Shown: positions 7,100-12,691 of the stretch, in pieces
Numbering within the stretch: the stretch's first letter is position 1
Layout: every line of letters begins with the position of its first letter
Source: Candidatus Latescibacterota bacterium
GTDB lineage: Bacteria > Latescibacterota > UBA2968
Direction: 5' to 3'
NCBI GenBank assembly: GCA_038279365.1
Contig: JAYODI010000050.1
Span: forward strand, 30,942 to 43,632
DNA length: 12,691 nucleotides
Position numbers and translations under genes: made by a program
Notes under the pieces: generated by a model
Databases searched by the model: none
The model's input: only the letters and a program-made list of their open reading frames with translations
What the model was told of the DNA's origin: nothing

Positions 7100-8061
7100 T
7101 TTTTATACTCAGGATTCACCAAATGTATGGGGTCTTCTCCTGTCAACACCCGCCGTACTTCCCACGCGGCTTTTTGGGGCAATTCAATCAATGACTCCGT
7201 CGAATAAAAGGCCGCATGAGGGGTATGAATCACCTGATCCAATTGAATCAAACGATCTGCCACCTTGGGGGGTTCTTGGCATCTGACATCCAATGCGGCC
7301 CCCGCAATCAAACCACCTTCCAAAGCCGATAAGAGTGCCGCTTCATCAACCACATCACCGCGAGACGTATTGATTAAAAACGCCGTGTTTTTCATCTTTT
7401 CAAAAACATGGGTATCCATCATGCCCCGCGTTTCATCTGTGGAGGGACAATGAATTGACACATAATCTGACGTTGTTAAAAGTGTATCCAAATCCACCGC
7501 TTCAACGCCAAATGCCTGGGCTTTCTCAACCGTCAAAGACCGCGAATAGGCCACCACCTCCAAACCAAATGCTTTGGCACGTGGCACAACTTCTTGGGCA
7601 ATTTGACCAAATCCAATCAAACCCAGCCGTTGCCCAGTTAATCGACGCAGTGGCAAACCTGCCTGAATATTCCAAGTGCCACTGCGTATCAGCCGATCAA
7701 ACCGCGTCACCTTATGCGACAGCGACAGCAACAAAGCCATTGTATGTTCTGCCACATCTATAAAACAATAATCGGGCACATTGGCAACTGGAATACCTTT
7801 TTGAGTCGCAAAAGACAAATCAATATTGTCTAAACCAACCCCATAACGAACAATCACCTTTAATTGAGGCAACGCCGATTCAATCACTTTCTGTGTTGTT
7901 TTGGCCCAACATGTTAAAATGGCATCACACCCATGAGCCAAATCGACCAATGTCTTTTCGTCTCCATTGGGTGCAACCACCAATTCGGCATCAATCTCAG
8001 ATAGTATTTTTTTTTCGACATCCAACGTGGGCCAAACATAATCGGTTACCAAAACGTTCAC
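7081..8061 (-). CDS. D-isomer-specific 2-hydroxyacid dehydrogenase (CtBP-like / phosphoglycerate dehydrogenase-like subgroup)
   Basis: Motifs RYGVGLDNID, VANVPDY, VAEHTMAL, GLIGFGQIA, IHCP, NTSRG, ALDVRCQEP and TPHAAFYS. The GTG start overlaps the upstream TGA (GTGA, 8061-8058). There is no C-terminal ACT domain, so it is not called serA. Confidence 0.92.
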   Translation of the reverse strand: MNVLVTDYVWPTLDVEKKILSEIDAELVVAPNGDEKTLVDLAHGCDAILTCWAKTTQKVIESALPQLKVIVRYGVGLDNIDLSFATQKGIPVANVPDYCFIDVAEHTMALLLSLSHKVTRFDRLIRSGTWNIQAGLPLRRLTGQRLGLIGFGQIAQEVVPRAKAFGLEVVAYSRSLTVEKAQAFGVEAVDLDTLLTTSDYVSIHCPSTDETRGMMDTHVFEKMKNTAFLINTSRGDVVDEAALLSALEGGLIAGAALDVRCQEPPKVADRLIQLDQVIHTPHAAFYSTESLIELPQKAAWEVRRVLTGEDPIHLVNPEYKNRRIGE

Positions 8062-8621
8062 GCCTTTGCGCCTCCCGATGGCTTCATCTGCTTAACAAAT
8101 TGGTCAAATGAAGCTTCCCATTTTGTCACCGTTGCTTCTGGACCCACCAGTTTAAAATAAAATGCCCCATTGGGTGTCTCTACAATAGCCGCCAACATCC
8201 GTTGCCCATCTTGAGGTGTTTGTGCGCCACCCATAGGCCGTTGCATCCCAACAAACGTGCCACGAATATCCACAACCGTAACAGGCATCTCCGAAACTGT
8301 TAGCTGTTTGGTCGTTCCACCATCCGACTCAGAAAACTGTCCAACCCAGCGTGCAATATTGGCCTCTACGCCACCCGCGCCACCTGTGCCGAAATACGTC
8401 ACAACCAATTCGGCATCTCCCACCTCACCAGGTAATTTATATTGTGCTTTGCGCATCGCATTCGATGGGGCTTCCGTCACCCATCCCGTGGGCACTGTTA
8501 CAGCCACGCCACCCAAGTCTTGCACCACCCCACCCGACATGGGCGCACTTTTCTCTGCCTCATTGCCACCACACCCCAAACCCAATCCCAAAACAAAAAC
8601 CAACAACCATTTTTTGTACAT
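8058..8621 (-). CDS. Uncharacterised lipoprotein
   Basis: ATG 8621 follows GAGGA. MYKKWLLVFVLGLGLG-C has a basic n-region, hydrophobic h-region and lipobox-like Cys. A low-complexity tether precedes a globular domain (VPTGW...GGVEANIARWVGQF...FYFKLVGP). A PsbP/Mog1-like fold is a guess. Confidence 0.8.
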   Translation of the reverse strand: MYKKWLLVFVLGLGLGCGGNEAEKSAPMSGGVVQDLGGVAVTVPTGWVTEAPSNAMRKAQYKLPGEVGDAELVVTYFGTGGAGGVEANIARWVGQFSESDGGTTKQLTVSEMPVTVVDIRGTFVGMQRPMGGAQTPQDGQRMLAAIVETPNGAFYFKLVGPEATVTKWEASFDQFVKQMKPSGGAKA

Positions 8622-8690
8622 AATATCCTCTCTTTTGTTTGAACCACACCAATGAGTAAACACCCAACGTCCACGTTCACACCTTATGTA

Positions 8691-10034
8691 TTACTTTTGA
8701 CAAAACCGACACACCACATCATATAAAACTTGTGTGGCAAACACCAAGTTTTCCACCGACGTGCGTTCATCGTGCCCATGAATCAACTCGGCCTCTGTTT
8801 GCCCAGGCACTTGGCGATATGGCATAAATCCATACACCTGCGTATCAGGCTTGCGTGGGCAAATGTGTTTGGCATCTGTTCCTCCCGTCATAATAGACGG
8901 CACCACCAATGCTTCTGGCTCATAGTCAGCCATGACAGACACAATCGTCTGATAAAGCGGTGATTCAATTTCCATTTCCAACGGCGGGGTATATTGATCC
9001 ACGACAATATCAATGTCGTCGCCTACCACGCGTCGAATATCAGCCAAAAACATCTCATCTGTTTGCCCAGGCACCAATCGACCATCAATCCAAGCCGTAG
9101 CCTCTGCTGGAATCACATTGATTTTCGTACCAGCAGACAGCATTGTTGGCGATGTGGTATTGCACAACAATGCCCCCAGTTCAGCCCGTGTAGAAGCTAC
9201 AAAAGGCAATTGACTTAAAACGGCTTTTGCCTGCAAGGGGTCCGACATTTTACGCAACAGAACGGCTGTTTCACCTTCTTGAGTATCGGCAATGGCATCA
9301 AAAAATGCCTTCAACGTAGGCGACACATGCACGGGCCAATCGGCTTGCCCAATTGCATCCAACGCCCGCCCCAACTTCACAATGGCATTATTGTGATGCG
9401 GAATAGATGCATGCCCGGGGTCTCCTTTGGCAACCAAACGAAATCGAAAAATACCCTTTTGCCCCGTTTGACACGTATAAAACCGTTTGCCATTCACATA
9501 AAAATCAGCCCCCCCACCTTCGGTAATCACATATCTTGCATCCACCTGTTCAGGGTGGTTTTCAATTAACCACCCAATGCCATGATTGCCTTTGCCGGCT
9601 TCTTCATCGGCGGTTGCGGCATAAATCACATCTCGGTTTAATTGAATACCTTCCCGCTTCAACAACAAAAACACCATCAACTCCACTGCCACCATATTTT
9701 TCATATCCAATGCGCCACGTCCCCACACACATCCATCGTGCAAATCACCACCAAATGGATCACGCGACCACTTATTGGGCTCTGCTGCCACCACATCGGT
9801 ATGCCCCAACAACATCAACGTGGGTTCATCTCCCCCTCGTAGCGTTGCGGTCACATTCCCTCGCCCTTTCTCTGACGCTGTTACAGAAGCATCCAAACCT
9901 TCGCGTTTTAAAATATCGGCAATATAGTTTGCACACAAAATTTCATTGCCCGGAGGATTGGTTGTATCAAACCGAAGCAAATCCTGTAAATATCCAGTTA
10001 CTTCCTTTTCAACCGCATTCCAATCAATACCCAT
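8691..10034 (-). CDS. M20/M25/M40 family metallo-amidohydrolase (ArgE/DapE/aminoacylase-like)
   Basis: DTTNPPGNE, metal/catalytic motifs GHTDVV, GRGALDMK, ADEE, TEGG and IHGHDE, plus GHAS, KINVIP and GGTD. Confidence 0.93.
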   Translation of the reverse strand: MGIDWNAVEKEVTGYLQDLLRFDTTNPPGNEILCANYIADILKREGLDASVTASEKGRGNVTATLRGGDEPTLMLLGHTDVVAAEPNKWSRDPFGGDLHDGCVWGRGALDMKNMVAVELMVFLLLKREGIQLNRDVIYAATADEEAGKGNHGIGWLIENHPEQVDARYVITEGGGADFYVNGKRFYTCQTGQKGIFRFRLVAKGDPGHASIPHHNNAIVKLGRALDAIGQADWPVHVSPTLKAFFDAIADTQEGETAVLLRKMSDPLQAKAVLSQLPFVASTRAELGALLCNTTSPTMLSAGTKINVIPAEATAWIDGRLVPGQTDEMFLADIRRVVGDDIDIVVDQYTPPLEMEIESPLYQTIVSVMADYEPEALVVPSIMTGGTDAKHICPRKPDTQVYGFMPYRQVPGQTEAELIHGHDERTSVENLVFATQVLYDVVCRFCQK

Positions 10035-10076
10035 GTCACCCTCATCATCCGTTTAAGCCACGCTATTTACAACCCA

Positions 10077-11522
10077 TTATAGTGCCAATGAATCAGCCGT
10101 CCACTCATTCAATGGTGTAAATTGCATCGTATCCAATTCAAACCCATATCCAAACGGCGCATCCACAACGGTCGAAATATCCAACAAACCGTCAACAACA
10201 TTCAAAACAGGAAAACCTGCTCGACCATTGACATACAAACCCCCATGAACATCCAAAACCTGTTGTTGAATCGGCTGTGAATACATGCTTAATCCAGCAA
10301 AATAATGATGTCCATTGCGCTCAGAATGCGTCACCCCTAAACAGGCCAGCACAGCCAAATCTTGCAACAAGGCCACAGGCCCCACATTGGCCAAATCTTC
10401 ACTGCTTAAAATATAAGTGCCTCCAGGGTCTTGCCGTTTACGATGCGCCATCAAACACGCATTGGCAATCCCTTTAAAAACACCCTTACAATTTTTGTGA
10501 CTGGTTCCCACATAACCGCTGTCCAACGCCAGCATGGCGCTGTGTAACTCACCATCCGATTCATCAATAATCATCGGCGGGCGATCCGTCCACTCCAACA
10601 GCACGTCTTTTACTTGTGCACTTAAGGCCACATCGCGCCGAAAAGGTTGTTCTACAAAAATGAGCCCTTTCATAAAAGACTTCAAGCGAACATCGCCATA
10701 AATGGCGTTCCACAAAGAACGAAAAGGGGCCACTTCGGTATATTGTTCATTGCCATCTAAAGTAAATTGACACGTTTCTTGACCAGCCATTAACCATGCA
10801 ATTTGTTTCAATCGACTCAAATCTCGCTCGGCATCACCACAAAGCTTGATCTTTAAATGTGTTAAGCCATAAGCTTCAATATTGGCCGCCAAAGAGTGAG
10901 GCAAACCATCATCAATCCGATCGGCCTCATCGATCTCAGCATCGGTCAATGGATCGGCAAGGCCCACGGTATGCCGCACCAAAATTGCAGATAACGGTTC
11001 AGAGGGTAAAAAATCAGATGGATTTTTATTTTTTAATTCACTGTGAATATCACCCAACCAGATCCCCAACGCATTGTTTTGTAGCGCTTCGGCAAACGTC
11101 ACACCTTTTGCCCGACAAAATGCATCGATCACAGCCCGCTCAACCAAGCTCACACCAAACGCCCACAACAGCGGTGGATAAGCCGTCGATTTGGCCCACT
11201 CGGCCTGAGCCTTATAGAGCCGATCCCACAAATCAAACACGGTTGTGGCCTCTCCCATGCCTTCAACGTGTCTACACGCATGCCAAATGACCGCCAACAT
11301 TTCCTCTAAATCTTCAGTAAACGGCGCAGTTGGATTTTTTGTAAACCACTTGGGTGGTAACCCATCAGCTGCCAAACCAATCTCAGATTTTCCATCTATA
11401 TTCACCGTCACACGCACAAACAGATGGGGCAATGCCACCAAGGATGCAATGCCATACTTAAATGGAAAACGTGTATGCATATTTAAAACATGTAAATCAA
11501 CCTTTTTAACCGAAATAGCCAT
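10077..11522 (-). CDS. Uncharacterised enolase-superfamily enzyme (MLE/racemase-like residue pattern)
   Basis: 481-aa ORF with SD GAGGA. Barrel motifs appear in the expected order: HLKIK (KxK), TLDGNE, FVEQP, IIDESD, SHKNCK. The N-terminal region is capping-domain-like. The substrate is unknown. Confidence 0.75.
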   Translation of the reverse strand: MAISVKKVDLHVLNMHTRFPFKYGIASLVALPHLFVRVTVNIDGKSEIGLAADGLPPKWFTKNPTAPFTEDLEEMLAVIWHACRHVEGMGEATTVFDLWDRLYKAQAEWAKSTAYPPLLWAFGVSLVERAVIDAFCRAKGVTFAEALQNNALGIWLGDIHSELKNKNPSDFLPSEPLSAILVRHTVGLADPLTDAEIDEADRIDDGLPHSLAANIEAYGLTHLKIKLCGDAERDLSRLKQIAWLMAGQETCQFTLDGNEQYTEVAPFRSLWNAIYGDVRLKSFMKGLIFVEQPFRRDVALSAQVKDVLLEWTDRPPMIIDESDGELHSAMLALDSGYVGTSHKNCKGVFKGIANACLMAHRKRQDPGGTYILSSEDLANVGPVALLQDLAVLACLGVTHSERNGHHYFAGLSMYSQPIQQQVLDVHGGLYVNGRAGFPVLNVVDGLLDISTVVDAPFGYGFELDTMQFTPLNEWTADSLAL

Positions 11523-11678
11523 CTATATTCCTCAAAATATATGACAAGGTTCATAAACCCAATCACCACCATTGGATTCAACAAGGAGATCATAAAAAAA
11601 TGACTTCAATAATTACTCGACCAAACGCGCAGGAATCATGCAGATCGAAAAATGACTTCGGTAACCACCCAATCAATC

Positions 11679-11725
11679 GCACCGGAATAAATTCCAGTGC
11701 TAAGGTAAGGAAAGTCCCTCGGACT
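11679..11725 (-). repeat. Paired REP-like hairpins in the intergenic region
   Basis: The minus strand reads AGTCC-GAG-GGACT (11725-11713), then a short spacer ending TTA, then GCACTGGAA-TTTA-TTCCGGTGC (11700-11679; a 9-bp stem with one T.G wobble on this strand). Confidence 0.55.
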
Positions 11726-11827
11726 CAAGATCAAAAGCCCATCAAACCATTGTTGGTTTATTGAAACATTTTCCAAAATAGCCACGCAAAATTCAATCTC
11801 GCAGTCATTTTGAATCTGTGTCTCATT

Positions 11828-12487
11828 TTATGGCTTCAAAAATTCTTCAGGCTTTAACACACCATGGGTAAATCGTGTTTTTAAAATCACACCCCGATAC
11901 CAATACACCTCATTCATACGCACACCCAACGACGTACGTCCAGGTTCTTGCACAACCCAATCAATAGGTGTAGACAATTCTTTTTGTCCATTCACATAAT
12001 GCGTAAACGTCTTGCCATCCATCACAATGGCCGCATGTTGCCACGGGCCAAGCGGATGCACAAAATCTTTTGCAAGTTGGGTATGATTGTTGTCACCCGA
12101 CTGAATAAACGTATCCAAAAACCACTTGTCATCATCGACCAAACGGGTTTCAAACATCACGCGCCGACTCGTATTGGCTTCTTGCATCATAAAAAACCGC
12201 TGTTCTCGCAAACCATTTGGGTACGGCTGAAAAATGACTTCTACCGTAAATTTTTCCAAACCCGCCAATGGGTGAACATCCAAAAAGATCCCATCATCCA
12301 CCCCGTCAAATTCCAAAGCCTTGCCTTTGCTTGTTTCAATCACCTTAGGTGCGCCCTTCACCGTCACTTTATGCCCACCAATGGTTTCCAAATTGTCTAA
12401 GTTCCACACCACTTGTTTCACCTGTTTCTCCTCTGCCATAACGTGTCCTGTTAACATCAAACATACCAACCATGTCAAATATCTCAT
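11828..12487 (-). CDS. Secreted LamG-like jellyroll (concanavalin A-like) domain protein
   Basis: Sec signal peptide MRYLTWLVCLMLTGHVMA-EE. Motifs GKALEFDGVDDG, FTVEVIF, WQHAAIVMDG...YVNG and WYRGVI...RFTHGVLKPEE match the LamG_3 pattern. SD GGAG is present upstream. Confidence 0.85.
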   Translation of the reverse strand: MRYLTWLVCLMLTGHVMAEEKQVKQVVWNLDNLETIGGHKVTVKGAPKVIETSKGKALEFDGVDDGIFLDVHPLAGLEKFTVEVIFQPYPNGLREQRFFMMQEANTSRRVMFETRLVDDDKWFLDTFIQSGDNNHTQLAKDFVHPLGPWQHAAIVMDGKTFTHYVNGQKELSTPIDWVVQEPGRTSLGVRMNEVYWYRGVILKTRFTHGVLKPEEFLKP

Positions 12488-12505
12488 CTAAATCTCCCCA
12501 ATATT

Positions 12506-12566
12506 TAAGAAGTAGTGAAACGGCAAACACTAAGAAGCAGTGAAACGGCAAACGTGAAACGGCAAA
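12506..12566 (+). repeat. Direct repeats containing GTGAAACGGCAAA x3 (left arm of a heptamer element)
   Basis: TAAGAAG(T/C)AGTGAAACGGCAAAC occurs at 12506-12528 and 12531-12553 (22/23 identical). A third GTGAAACGGCAAA lies at 12554-12566. Confidence 0.9.
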
Positions 12567-12636
12567 TGTAAAACCTTTAAAACCAATTTTTAAAAAAACC
12601 AAACATATCACGTAATCAAATAACTCCGTTGATTCG

Positions 12637-12691
12637 TTTGCCCTTTGCCGTTTGCCGTTTGCCGTTTGCCGTTTGCCGTTTGCCGTTTGCC
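12637..12691 (+). repeat. Heptamer tandem array (TTTGCCG)n, truncated at the window end
   Basis: TTTGCCC at 12637, six perfect TTTGCCG units at 12644-12685, and a partial unit at 12686-12691. The reverse complement CGGCAAA matches the left arm. Confidence 0.95.

Noticed and set aside
6967..7286. Plus-strand ORFs 6967-7194 and 7053-7286 with repetitive peptides (NQRIN, YSPIRLFA)
   Set aside because: The repetition is simply the translation of the 8-mer arrays, and both ORFs overlap a bona fide dehydrogenase on the opposite strand.
7081..8061. Calling this gene serA
   Set aside because: There is no ACT domain or serine-pathway context, and family membership alone does not fix the substrate.
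12230..12241. Third copy of AAAAATGACTTC inside the LamG gene
   Set aside because: It encodes EVIF in a conserved beta-strand and lacks the flanking AGAT similarity, so it is probably coincidental.
2199..12400. Numerous plus-strand ORFs of 60-194 aa antisense to the minus-strand genes
   Set aside because: They have no recognisable motifs and lie over well-supported genes, as expected for shadow ORFs.
1932..12487. Treating all ten minus-strand genes as one operon or a single biosynthetic cluster
   Set aside because: There is an internal terminator at 4322-4343, gaps of 110-305 nt containing hairpins or repeats, and functionally unrelated products.

Overview
Bacterial chromosomal window with no rRNA, tRNA, CRISPR array or intact transposase. 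The + strand (3-1867) carries the 3' part of an ABC exporter module: a 5'-truncated ATPase and two divergent paralogous permeases that share near-identical start regions. It ends at a hairpin terminator shared with a convergent run of ten minus-strand genes. In transcription order these encode a secreted LamG-like protein, an uncharacterised enolase-superfamily enzyme, an M20 amidohydrolase, a lipoprotein, two D-2-hydroxyacid dehydrogenases, a dCMP deaminase, a tandem-GGDEF protein, a sulfatase and a sterol desaturase/fatty acid hydroxylase. The most unusual signals are non-coding. Two loci have short tandem arrays facing each other in inverted orientation: 8-mers at 6969-7099, which pair best on the transcribed strand and supply a gene's stop codon, and 7-mers at 12506-12691, which run off the window end. 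There is also a GTAG-tagged REP-like palindrome at 2865-2887 and a possible MITE/REPIN-like element at 11641-11818. Among the proteins, the sensor-less double-GGDEF protein and the enolase-superfamily/M20 pair are the best candidates for undescribed function. All functional calls come from motif recognition only; no database searches were run.
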